Shown here one piece after another: positions 20,103 through 29,198 of a stretch of 64,000 bases of DNA (its first letter is position 1; every line of letters begins with the position of its first letter). The position numbers and the translations under genes were made by a program. The DNA is from an uncultured Nitrososphaerota archaeon (GTDB lineage Archaea; Thermoproteota; EX4484-205; JAAOZO01). The stretch lies in NCBI GenBank assembly GCA_964408285.1, contig CAYOYV010000003.1:1-64000 (forward strand), written 5' to 3'. The notes under the pieces are model-generated. The model had not been told where the DNA came from. It saw nothing but the letters and a program-made list of their open reading frames with translations, and did not search any database.

Positions 20103-21137
20103 TCACCATGGGTTGCTGAGGAAGTCGTATCTTATGAACTGACTTTGGCAATAGAAGCCGATGGGTTGCGAAACGTAGAACCCCTTCTGTCTTGGGGACA
20201 TCACAAAAGCTACAGTAGCGCACAGCTCATGCTCGCCACCATGCTGGCATATGCCGCCTGTTCCATGTGATCTCAAGACCGATTGCAGGCTTTCTATGGG
20301 CCTATTCCTATCGGCGCTGGCAATGAATTCGAGCAGATTCTGATATCTATCCCTTGAGTTCTTGAGTAACCATGTCCAATCGTATCGATCATATCCAAGC
20401 TTTTGGGCCTCAGGAGTGATATAATGATTCGTACAAGCTATCCCTTCGTTTTGCGGTCTTCTGATCACAAATGCCTTATTTGTCTGCTCGATGACCATGG
20501 CATCTCCTTTTCTGTCGACGAACATGTAATTACCAGGATTGTAGAATCCTTCCTTGAATTTGCCGAAGAGCTCAGCCACCTCACCAACATTTGAACAGTA
20601 CTGCATGGCGACTCTACACATCGTATATCTGGGAAAGCCGTTACCTTCATCAATGGCCTTGGTGGTTGAGCCACAGAGGCACAGACCGGCATCATTCATA
20701 GCACGGGCAGCCCCTATGAAATCAGGACTGCAGACAGTCAGGAACGAATGGCCCCGCTTCGGCCTGTAATGCATCATGATCAGATACGGCGAGTGGCCAA
20801 TATCAAGGGAAGACCCAAGAACTGGCCCGACTTTGGTTTCCGTTAGGGCGACATTCGAGCAATACGAAGGCTTGTCCCACCAAGCATTGAGCAGAAGCAT
20901 CTTGTCATAGGAAATACGCGCACCATCAGCCATACCCTTGAGTTCCTGCACAAGTTCGGGGTAGTGCCTCTCGAGAACTCGCTCAATATACCTCGCGAGA
21001 GTCATCTTCCTTTTCCGGTCTCTGACCTTCTTTAACCTAGTTTCCGAGATGGACTTGATGAGATGTCTGAAATGCCAACCGCGCTTGTGTCCGATCTCGT
21101 ATGGAGTTCCCTTCATTTCTAACGGAAAGAAGGACAT
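20103..21137 (-). CDS. Peptidase C45 family Ntn-hydrolase (acyl-CoA:6-APA acyltransferase-like)
   Basis: GTPYEIG..G, YPELVQELKGMADG, nucleophile Cys in YCSNVA, MNDAGL, ACTNHY, S.DRY. Confidence 0.85.
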   Translation of the reverse strand: MSFFPLEMKGTPYEIGHKRGWHFRHLIKSISETRLKKVRDRKRKMTLARYIERVLERHYPELVQELKGMADGARISYDKMLLLNAWWDKPSYCSNVALTETKVGPVLGSSLDIGHSPYLIMMHYRPKRGHSFLTVCSPDFIGAARAMNDAGLCLCGSTTKAIDEGNGFPRYTMCRVAMQYCSNVGEVAELFGKFKEGFYNPGNYMFVDRKGDAMVIEQTNKAFVIRRPQNEGIACTNHYITPEAQKLGYDRYDWTWLLKNSRDRYQNLLEFIASADRNRPIESLQSVLRSHGTGGICQHGGEHELCATVAFVMSPRQKGFYVSQPIGFYCQSQFIRYDFLSNPW

Positions 21138-21315
21138 CTACTACGATGCCATGTTCGTTCTTAGCTTTTATGCTTATTGAATCGTGAGATCCGCTACCCA
21201 CGGACCGACAAAGGCTTAGTGAATGGTCTCATTATGAAGTAATTCTCCTATCGCCTTCAACCGAGATGGCTGACATTCACGAAACTGGTCAGGACTAAGA
21301 TTCAATCGGGACCGG

Positions 21316-22503
21316 TTGGCAACTGCAGGCTTATCTATCAAAACCGCCTTCATCTGTCTGTTGAATCAGGAGGAGACCCAGCGACACAACGCGATGGTAG
21401 AAGAGCTTTGGGAGGATTTCGAAAAGAGACGCAACGAAAGGATACCCGTAGTCTTCGCCTATGATGAGCAATTCCAGCTACCTCTATATGGGACAACGTA
21501 CCGGAGGTATTACGGAGATCCCGACCTGATGGCAGATGTTCAACTGAAGACTGCCAGATGGTGGATGAACAACGTTATCCAGGATTCGATCATGGGTCTG
21601 CCTAAGGATAACTGGACTATCCATCCACAGCTCTGGATGGCGGAGAAGGAGTTCTTCGGTTGCCAAATCGTATATCAGGAAAACGATTACGCTTGGGCGA
21701 GGCCCATAGCAGCCACAAAGCAGGATTTGATATCCAGGCTCTGGGACATAGATCCAGCAAAACGCCTAAGAGAGAACACGGGTTATCGTTTCTATGAAAC
21801 GATGAAGGCGAGATTTCAGGGAAAGAGCTTCTGCGGTATTCCCATAAGAGTGGGGCCTCCAAACGGGATCGCAACGACCCATGGGATTTTCACCTCAGCG
21901 GCAGAGATACGCGGACATGAGAAGCTCTGCGTCGATATGGCAAGGGATCCTGCATTCGCTAAGGAATTGCTGGGTGTCATTACCGAGAAGACGATCGCCA
22001 GGATGAAAGCTTGGCATGAGCTTTCCACCGATGAAGTGAGGATTCCCTTCTCAGACACTTGGTCGATGGCTGATGATAGTATATGCATTCTCTCCCCTAG
22101 GTCATATGAGGAATTCGTCTTGCCCTTCCACGAGAGGATATACAGTGAGATGACCACGGGAATCAGGGGAATCCATCTTTGTGGACATGCCCAGCACTTG
22201 TTTCGCATACTCCACAACAAAGCCCGAATAAGGCTTTTCGACGGGCCGGGTCCTTGGATCGATTTGGGTTCGATGCGGGATGAATTCGGCACGGATGTAC
22301 GAATCAATGCGCAGGTCTACCATCAAAAGCTCAGAGAAGGAAATCCAGAAGCCATAGACGAGATGGTCCGAGGCATCCTCACTGAACGAGCCAAGAGAGG
22401 AGGGCATATGGTTCTGATGGGATACGCCGTTGAAGGAGTAAAGGTAAGAAATCTGAACACTATGTATGGGGCCGGACTCAAGTACGGAAGAATCCATTCC
22501 TAG
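21316..22503 (+). CDS. Uroporphyrinogen decarboxylase / MtaA-type methyltransferase superfamily protein
   Basis: GIFTSAAEIRG, MADDSICILSP..YEEFVLP, IHLCG (HxC). The true start may be TTG 21361 or ATG 21394. Confidence 0.78.
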   Translation: MATAGLSIKTAFICLLNQEETQRHNAMVEELWEDFEKRRNERIPVVFAYDEQFQLPLYGTTYRRYYGDPDLMADVQLKTARWWMNNVIQDSIMGLPKDNWTIHPQLWMAEKEFFGCQIVYQENDYAWARPIAATKQDLISRLWDIDPAKRLRENTGYRFYETMKARFQGKSFCGIPIRVGPPNGIATTHGIFTSAAEIRGHEKLCVDMARDPAFAKELLGVITEKTIARMKAWHELSTDEVRIPFSDTWSMADDSICILSPRSYEEFVLPFHERIYSEMTTGIRGIHLCGHAQHLFRILHNKARIRLFDGPGPWIDLGSMRDEFGTDVRINAQVYHQKLREGNPEAIDEMVRGILTERAKRGGHMVLMGYAVEGVKVRNLNTMYGAGLKYGRIHS

Positions 22504-22649
22504 GGTTACGCTGAGCATACTGTCGTGCGAAGAGCAAAAGACGATCTGACGAACACGGTCTTACCTTCTCATTCACTCTTGTGATGAATTCAAAGAGGAG
22601 GATAGCGGGCAAAGTCCGGTGTGGGGGCGCCGAGGATTTCGTGGGGTCG

Positions 22650-22664
22650 AAAAGCGTTAAAAAG
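22650..22664 (+). promoter_or_regulatory. BRE/TATA-like promoter for the 22697-24446 unit
   Basis: AAAAGCGTTAAAAAG ~33 nt upstream of ATG 22697, flanked by GGGGT/ACCCC. Confidence 0.45.
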
Positions 22665-22696
22665 CCACCCCGGGCTTATGTCAATGTTCTGAGAGA

Positions 22697-23203
22697 ATGG
22701 ATCGAGCGGAAGAAGTCAGCCCCACCTATTCCGGTGCCGTCATACGAGTGCTCAATGCTTTGGCATCTGTCTCAATAGGGGAGTTTCGGAACAGGCTGAT
22801 GCTTCAGAAGCTTGCCTATCTCGCCCGCGAAATGGGTCTTGGTTGTGGCTTGGCATTCGATTGGTATGTGAGGGGGCCCTACTCTCCTTCTCTGACCAGA
22901 ATTCTGTTTGCAGCGGATGAATTAGGTCTCCTGAGGACAGGCCCAGCTGAGCTTAGCGATTCTGAAACGAAGGTGGTACAGAGCATCAGAGATCTGCTAG
23001 GAAACGACGTCAACAACCCAGAAGTACTGGAGCTGATCTCTTCTGTCTGGTACTTTCTTCCGAGGGGTGTTCTTCGGAGAAAGAGAAGACAAGCGATTGT
23101 AAAGAGGCTTCTGGAGTGCAAACCCCAATTCAGTGCTCAGGAGATAGAACAGGCGATAGACAGAATTCTGAGATTCAGGAGGAGAAAACAGCCGCCTCCA
23201 TAG
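22697..23203 (+). CDS. YwgA/Panacea(SocA, DUF4065)-like winged-helix protein
   Basis: RLMLQKLAYL, FDWYVRGPYSPSL, LELISSVWYF. Confidence 0.7.
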   Translation: MDRAEEVSPTYSGAVIRVLNALASVSIGEFRNRLMLQKLAYLAREMGLGCGLAFDWYVRGPYSPSLTRILFAADELGLLRTGPAELSDSETKVVQSIRDLLGNDVNNPEVLELISSVWYFLPRGVLRRKRRQAIVKRLLECKPQFSAQEIEQAIDRILRFRRRKQPPP

Positions 23204-23225
23204 CTCAAATAGCTCTCGCTAAGAG

Positions 23226-24446
23226 TTGGGACGGTTGGACCTAACTATCTTCGCAGGGATCGCAGGTTTTGACAAATCAGATTATCTGAAGAAATTCATC
23301 AGGCTGAGCCTCAAGAGACATGAGTATTCTGACGACTTGGATTCGTCTGAATCCAAGAGATTCATTCGGTATATCAAGTTCGAGGATGAGCTCCTCAGGG
23401 TGGATGGGTCAACTGACATGCCCACCTTCCTGGACAAGCCCAGCCTGAAAGAGAAGACAGAAGTGATTGAGAGGACTTTCACCGAGATAGGGAGACAAAT
23501 CAAGAGTTATGAGACAAAACACGTGTTCCTTGATATCCATCTGAGCTATTTCAGGCGGAGCCAATTCACGCCTCCTCTGCTATTGGCGAACCTTAGGGAA
23601 CTCGTCCCCCATGATCAGATTCCAGTCAAGGTGATTACCCTGATTGATGATATCTTTGCGATCTGGCAGAACCTGAGAAAAAGGGAAATTGAATATCCAA
23701 GAACGAGCCTCAGGCTCCGGGAAATCCTCTCTTGGCGTTCAATAGAGATGCTACAGGGGGAGGCAGTCGCAATGAACTACACGAACGAAAATAGGGACGT
23801 CAAGAACTACCTAGTCGCTGCAAGACACCCCGAGGACACCTTATTCAATCTAGTCTTCAATCCAAAACCTATCTCCTTCTACCTTTCATTCCCTATAACG
23901 AACACAAGGAATAGATCCGGGTGCGTCAGTGACATCAACAGATTCAGGAAGAGAATACAGCGGATAGCCTTCAAGAACGGGGCGGTCATCTTCGACCCTG
24001 TCACTATAGACGAACTGAGCCTGGAAATGGCGCTCCAATCGACACGGAACGAGATAGTCACTCTTCGGAAGGAAATGCGATGGCCTTTGGAGCCGAATCA
24101 TCTGATCGAAGAGCCTGATTGGCCAATAAGGATCCCGAGAGAGGAGATCTCGGAGATATCAGGTGATGTGGAAGATAACGTGAAGGCCAGAGACTTCAAG
24201 CTGATAGACAATTCGAGATTCGTGGCCAGTTACAGACCGAATTACATGGGCACATCTAGGGGAGTGGCCGCAGAAATAAACTACTCGATTATGCAAGGAA
24301 GAAGAGTATATGTATATGACCCCCCAAAGGACAGAAAGGAGAGCCCGCTTCATCCCTTCGATCCGTGGCTCATTTCCTGCACCGACTTTGATGACTTCAT
24401 GGGCAAGATTGCCGAATACATAGCCCAATTGAGGAGAAAATACTGA
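23226..24446 (+). CDS. P-loop nucleotide-kinase-like domain fused to a nucleoside deoxyribosyltransferase/DNPH1-like N-glycosidase domain
   Basis: N-terminal IFAGIAGFDKS (Walker A variant), VFLDIH, ITLIDD. C-terminal FYLSFPIT, IFDP, ARDFKLIDNS, SRGVAAEINYS..G.RVYVY. Confidence 0.7.
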   Translation: MGRLDLTIFAGIAGFDKSDYLKKFIRLSLKRHEYSDDLDSSESKRFIRYIKFEDELLRVDGSTDMPTFLDKPSLKEKTEVIERTFTEIGRQIKSYETKHVFLDIHLSYFRRSQFTPPLLLANLRELVPHDQIPVKVITLIDDIFAIWQNLRKREIEYPRTSLRLREILSWRSIEMLQGEAVAMNYTNENRDVKNYLVAARHPEDTLFNLVFNPKPISFYLSFPITNTRNRSGCVSDINRFRKRIQRIAFKNGAVIFDPVTIDELSLEMALQSTRNEIVTLRKEMRWPLEPNHLIEEPDWPIRIPREEISEISGDVEDNVKARDFKLIDNSRFVASYRPNYMGTSRGVAAEINYSIMQGRRVYVYDPPKDRKESPLHPFDPWLISCTDFDDFMGKIAEYIAQLRRKY

Positions 24447-24466
24447 TCGGTGAGGGAAGCCGATCA
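24444..24466. terminator. Short hairpin between convergent genes
   Basis: TGATCGG-N9-CCGATCA, overlapping the stop codon of 23226..24446. Confidence 0.3.
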
Positions 24467-24505
24467 TCGACACGGGTTCTGGTATCGCTAAGGTGGTTCC
24501 GTTCG

Positions 24506-25396
24506 TTATCTCCTGGCTTGCACTAGAGTCACACCGGATAGAACCAATATCATGCCAAGAATCATGTCCACGGTGACTTGTTCTCCCAGGAATATCAACG
24601 CCATCAATGACGTTTGGACCAGCATTGTATTCTGCAACATCGAAAGCTCGTACGCCTTGACGGATTCCAAGACCTGATTCCACAGGTAAAATGCTGCGAC
24701 CGTGTTGACAATGCTGAGCCATCCGATTATGACCCATCCTGAAGATGGGACACTCGGAGGCCCCTCGAGAGCGAAACCAGAAACAAGAAGGATGACAGCT
24801 CCGGCTCCCATTGTCACAGTGGTCATTTCCAAAGTGGGAATCCTTCCTGTCTTTTGAAGGCTCCGTGCTATAATCATGTAGACGGCCCAACACAATCCGG
24901 AAAGAAGCGTAATAAAGACCCCAAATGCCTCGAAGGACTGCAAAGGATTGCCGAAAAAGACGTAGGCCCCCGCAAGGGCAACAACGATTCCGATAGTCTG
25001 AGCAATTGTTGGAATCTCATGCAAGAAGCCCGCTCCTAATAGTACGACAAATACGGGACTGAAATTCAGCAGAAAGGATGCTAGGATTACTGGTATGTAG
25101 TGAAGTCCGACAAACTGCAGTCCCTGAGCACCAGCATACCCGAAGGCTCCTACGCAGATTAACGTCAGCCATTCGATTGAACTGGGACGATGCAGCGGAC
25201 GGGCTCTTCCCTTCAAGATCATCACCAAGACCAATATGAGGAACGCAGTCGTATATCGCAAGGCTGCGAAGGTCAATGGCAGGATTTCTATAAGACCCAT
25301 CTTGATGAGAACGTAGGAGGAAGACCATAGGAATGTGACAAGTAGTGCCTTCAATATCGGTATCACACGTTGCTGATCTGCTTTCTTGTCGATCAC
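24506..25396 (-). CDS. DMT/EamA family transporter
   Basis: LWSSSY..IK, FAALRY, ~10 TMs, LCWAVYMI, IFLGE. Confidence 0.92.
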   Translation of the reverse strand: MIDKKADQQRVIPILKALLVTFLWSSSYVLIKMGLIEILPLTFAALRYTTAFLILVLVMILKGRARPLHRPSSIEWLTLICVGAFGYAGAQGLQFVGLHYIPVILASFLLNFSPVFVVLLGAGFLHEIPTIAQTIGIVVALAGAYVFFGNPLQSFEAFGVFITLLSGLCWAVYMIIARSLQKTGRIPTLEMTTVTMGAGAVILLVSGFALEGPPSVPSSGWVIIGWLSIVNTVAAFYLWNQVLESVKAYELSMLQNTMLVQTSLMALIFLGEQVTVDMILGMILVLSGVTLVQARR

Positions 25397-25664
25397 GGAG
25401 AAGATTCACCGGCGGATGCTTGGCGGGACAATTGAGATTGGCGCGGCTATCCTAAACTATATATGGGTTGCTCGGTTGGCTCGTAGAGAACGCACAGACG
25501 TCTCAGAGAAGCCTGTGAGCAATATCAACATTCCGAGAAGATCACGCGAAGTTGGAGTCGAGACGGACGAGTTGAAGCCTTTTCTAGGGACGCGAGTGGT
25601 TCTTAAGGATGAAGTAGAAAGATATTTAATACGAGATTTTCCATCAGTGAATAGTGGTTATACT

Positions 25665-26144
25665 ATGAATTCGAAACCTGAGGTCTTGAGGGGATTTCTC
25701 AAAGATCAGATAGTGCTTGAGAACGACAATGTGAGTGCAATTGAGAAGAGTGTCAAAGAGATCGAAAATATGATAGTTAGGACGACTCTGCATGGTATTT
25801 CATTTGACTCAATGAAACACGCGGAACTGTACAGATCTGCGGTGGGACTCCTTTCTGGCTTTGAGAAGGCACTTAACCAGGAAGAGTATATCAAGATACA
25901 GGAAGTAATAAGGAAACACATAGAGATAGAAGAACTAATGCTTAGGCGAGTCATAGAAGCCATGAGCATGACAGAGAACAAGAACGTGAGGTTCTTGCTC
26001 GAATCAATAGCGGCGGACGAAAAGAGACACCACGATCTACTGGTGAAGATTCGAGACACACTGGTTAGAGGGCAGACCATAACTGAAGACGAATGGTGGG
26101 AATTCATCTGGGGTTCCGTTCCGTTTCATGGCGCCCCTGACTGA
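25665..26144 (+). CDS. Ferritin-like / rubrerythrin-like diiron protein
   Basis: DSMKHAELY, HIEIEE, ADEKRHH. TATA ATTTAAT at ~25624 supports ATG 25665 rather than the ORF-track start. Confidence 0.8.
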   Translation: MNSKPEVLRGFLKDQIVLENDNVSAIEKSVKEIENMIVRTTLHGISFDSMKHAELYRSAVGLLSGFEKALNQEEYIKIQEVIRKHIEIEELMLRRVIEAMSMTENKNVRFLLESIAADEKRHHDLLVKIRDTLVRGQTITEDEWWEFIWGSVPFHGAPD

Positions 26145-26327
26145 TGGCGTAAAGCGTCCAGGTCCTAGAAGGACAGAAGGAAGGCAGTGCACCAGACGCG
26201 GGCCTAAGGAATTGAACTACTCGCCATCAACTCGTTCGACCAAGCTATCTCCAGAGTTGTCTGTACACTAGATTGCTGGAAAAGAGATTTATGAGCTGGT
26301 GTCTCACTTGCGAGAGACGTATCCCTT

Positions 26328-27272
26328 ATGTCGAGCATAACGGTAGACGGGTTAACAAGAAGATTCGGAGATCTGATTGCGGTAGATCACTTGTCCTTTG
26401 ATGTGAAGGAGGGAGAGATTTTCGGTATGCTCGGGCCAAACGGCGCTGGAAAGACCACGACCATTCGCATGCTCGCCTGTCTCATTTCGCCCTCAGAGGG
26501 ATCAGCCATAATAGAAGGACATGATATAGTCTCGGACTCGATCAAGATAAGACAGATCGTTGGAATATTGACGGAGACCCAATCTCTCTATGAGAGGTTG
26601 ACCGTATACGAGAATATGGCCTTCTTCTCCGAGGCTTATGGCGTGTCAAACACGGACCACAGGCGCGAAAGAATAGGGGAATTGCTGGAGTTCTTTGATC
26701 TGTGGGAGAGGCGAGGACATCCAGTCGGAACGCTATCAAGAGGAATGAAGCAGAAGCTTGCTATGGCACGCGCATTGGTCCATAATCCATCTGTCCTATT
26801 CCTAGACGAGCCGACTGTTGGACTGGACCCTGAAGCATCAAGGATGATCAGAGACTTGATACAGAAGCTCAGCCAGCATCAGAAATGCACTGTCCTACTT
26901 TGCACACATCGTCTAGAGGACGCAGAGAGATTGTGTAGCCGAGTCATGATAGTCAATAGAGGAAGAAACATGATCACGGGAACTCCCCAAGAACTCGGGG
27001 AGAGAATAGCTGGCAGAAGAACCCTCGAGATCACACTAAGGGAGCTGAGCGAATCCGTAATTGAAGCAGCGAGAGCATCGAGGCATGTTGAGGCAGTAGA
27101 TGTGAACAACTTAGAGTCAAAGCTGCTGGTGACTGCTGACGATCTTGATTCTATCACCCCAGAGATAGTCAAGGATTTGGTTAGCGCGGGCGGTCTAATC
27201 ACTGGGGTCAACATAACCCGCCCATCATTGGAAGACGCGTACTTGAGCCTGATTAGGGAGGGACCAACATGA
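26328..27272 (+). CDS. ABC-2 type transporter ATP-binding subunit
   Basis: GPNGAGKTT, LSRGMKQK, FLDEPT, C-terminal PSLEDAYL. Confidence 0.95.
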   Translation: MSSITVDGLTRRFGDLIAVDHLSFDVKEGEIFGMLGPNGAGKTTTIRMLACLISPSEGSAIIEGHDIVSDSIKIRQIVGILTETQSLYERLTVYENMAFFSEAYGVSNTDHRRERIGELLEFFDLWERRGHPVGTLSRGMKQKLAMARALVHNPSVLFLDEPTVGLDPEASRMIRDLIQKLSQHQKCTVLLCTHRLEDAERLCSRVMIVNRGRNMITGTPQELGERIAGRRTLEITLRELSESVIEAARASRHVEAVDVNNLESKLLVTADDLDSITPEIVKDLVSAGGLITGVNITRPSLEDAYLSLIREGPT

Positions 27273-28093
27273 GGATCGACAAGGTCTTACTCGTGTTCAG
27301 GAAGGACTGGGCCGAACTCAGGAGAAATTGGCAGGTCGTATTGCCTATAGTCCTTCTGCCCCTCATGATCTCGATGTCTTTGCCAATGATTCTGAATTCC
27401 CTTTCCAATTCTATTACGATGCCGGGCTCTGCGCTGGGGACGTTTGAGATCATCATTAGGAATCTTCCATACCAGACAAGACGGGAGGTCGAGGGAATGA
27501 CATACCCTCAGGCAACAATCTACATGATCTCGATCTACCTCATTGCTCCTGTGTTCCTCACAATCCCAATCTTGACCTCAAGCGTCATAGCGTCTGACAG
27601 CTTCGCCGGAGAGAAGGAGAGGAGGACGATTGAAGCCCTTCTTGCCACTCCGATGTCTGATGCGGAGCTCTTCATGGGAAAGGTTCTGGTTGCCTTCGTG
27701 CCCTCAGTGACAATAACCGCGGGCTCGTCAATCGTCTATTCAATTGCCACTGACCTCATATTGTCGGGGCTGTTCAATGGCAGGTTGCTGTTTCCCAATC
27801 CCATCTGGATCTTGGTCACATTCGGTCTCGCCCCCGCGATAGCCATCGCCAGCATTGGTCTCACTGTCATGATTTCGCTAAGGGTGAAGGGGTTCAGGGA
27901 AGCTCAGCAGCTAAGTGCCTTCCTAATGATCCCCATCATGTTGCTCACCTTCGTCCAAGTCTCTGGAGTCATGATCCTAGGTTCAGTGATAATGCTGGGC
28001 TCGATTGTGCTGTTCCTGATGATCGATGCGATTCTGCTATACCATGGCGTGGAAGCCTTCAAGAGGGACGAAATCCTCTCGAAATTGGCTTAA
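27269..28093 (+). CDS. ABC-2 type transporter permease
   Basis: DSFAGEKERRTIEALLATP, FMGK, REAQQ; ATGA overlap. Confidence 0.92.
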   Translation: MRIDKVLLVFRKDWAELRRNWQVVLPIVLLPLMISMSLPMILNSLSNSITMPGSALGTFEIIIRNLPYQTRREVEGMTYPQATIYMISIYLIAPVFLTIPILTSSVIASDSFAGEKERRTIEALLATPMSDAELFMGKVLVAFVPSVTITAGSSIVYSIATDLILSGLFNGRLLFPNPIWILVTFGLAPAIAIASIGLTVMISLRVKGFREAQQLSAFLMIPIMLLTFVQVSGVMILGSVIMLGSIVLFLMIDAILLYHGVEAFKRDEILSKLA

Positions 28094-28178
28094 GACCCAT
28101 CGAAACGGATGCTCTTGGAATCCATCTTCGTAGGCTCAATCAATCACTCCATGAAGGCCTAGATGAAGTGATCGATCT

Positions 28179-28919
28179 TCAGGATATGGTTCTTATGAGT
28201 AATGAGTGGACATTCTCCACTGACTTCCGTACTGCAGGCATTGGATTGTCTGGCTCCAGTTCGATTTCCAAGATCAGGGCACAACTATTCAGTATCTTTT
28301 CCCGCCTAAGCGCTTGGAAGAGCTCCCCGAATGGTAGCCTTCCTTCACCAACTATCGTATCATTGTTATCCTCATTCACATCCTTGATGTGAAGCCCGTG
28401 CATCCTGCTGCCCAATCTATGTGTTGCCTCAAGAATATCCTCGCCCGATCTTGCAAGATGAGCTGTGTCCATGCACATTCCTATCATTTCATCATGTCCT
28501 TCCAGTGCTTTGACAATGTTGGCGATTCTCGAGTATCTATGTCCCGGCCCGTGGTTGTGGATTGCTATCTTTATTCGATATTCTCGCACCAATTCATCAA
28601 GCAGATCGAAGCTATCAGGCTCCGGGTCTGCCGTCAGCACCTCTATTCCAAGGCCCTTTGCAAATTCAAAGAGGCTCCGAAGCTGACCCTCATCTCTTCG
28701 CATCGCGTTGACACCATATGCCAGAACCTTGACATTGTATGTCTGCTCAAGCCGTTGAGCTTCAGTAATGCTCTTCTTTTCCGGAGGCAGGTGACCCGGG
28801 AATGCTTCGACCCAGGAGAGTCCTAGATCGGCGATTGCCTCGATGGCTTTCTCGTATGACATCTTCCTGAGCGAATAACTCTGCAAGCCGAATTTGAGTC
28901 CACGCAAGTTACCCTGCAT
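28179..28919 (-). CDS. Sugar phosphate isomerase/epimerase (xylose isomerase-like TIM barrel)
   Basis: GLQSYSLR, IAIHNHG, MDTAH, LHIKD, LEIE. Confidence 0.88.
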   Translation of the reverse strand: MQGNLRGLKFGLQSYSLRKMSYEKAIEAIADLGLSWVEAFPGHLPPEKKSITEAQRLEQTYNVKVLAYGVNAMRRDEGQLRSLFEFAKGLGIEVLTADPEPDSFDLLDELVREYRIKIAIHNHGPGHRYSRIANIVKALEGHDEMIGMCMDTAHLARSGEDILEATHRLGSRMHGLHIKDVNEDNNDTIVGEGRLPFGELFQALRREKILNSCALILEIELEPDNPMPAVRKSVENVHSLLIRTIS

Positions 28920-29198
28920 GATTCCCAGCCTCCCTATGGCGATTTAATCCTTTATGCGTGTCTTTCCATCATTCTCTGATTGTTGCCACCAGGAGTGCTT
29001 CATTTTCGCCACAGACTCTCTCCATGGAAGCAGAGCATACTTAGATGGATTGCCGTCGCAGGATGGAAATCAACGCAGGAACACTCAGCTGCATAGTTCT
29101 AGAACTGAGACCTCAGACCTAGTTCCTCGTCTAGTCACACGTTATGGATGTTTTCAGGTGGAGCAAATCAGAGACCGATCTGATCTTGGGCTATAGCG

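Noticed and set aside
22581-22635. Possible C/D sRNA (GTGATGA...CCGA) or RNase P-like AAAGTCC
   Set aside because: No convincing D'/C' boxes and no matching RNase P 3' conserved region.
24159-24893. 244-aa minus-strand ORF spanning two genes
   Set aside because: Overlaps two well-supported CDSs and has non-protein-like composition.
25386-25664. N-terminal extension of the ferritin-like ORF
   Set aside because: Overlaps the EamA start and promoter; the TATA position supports ATG 25665.
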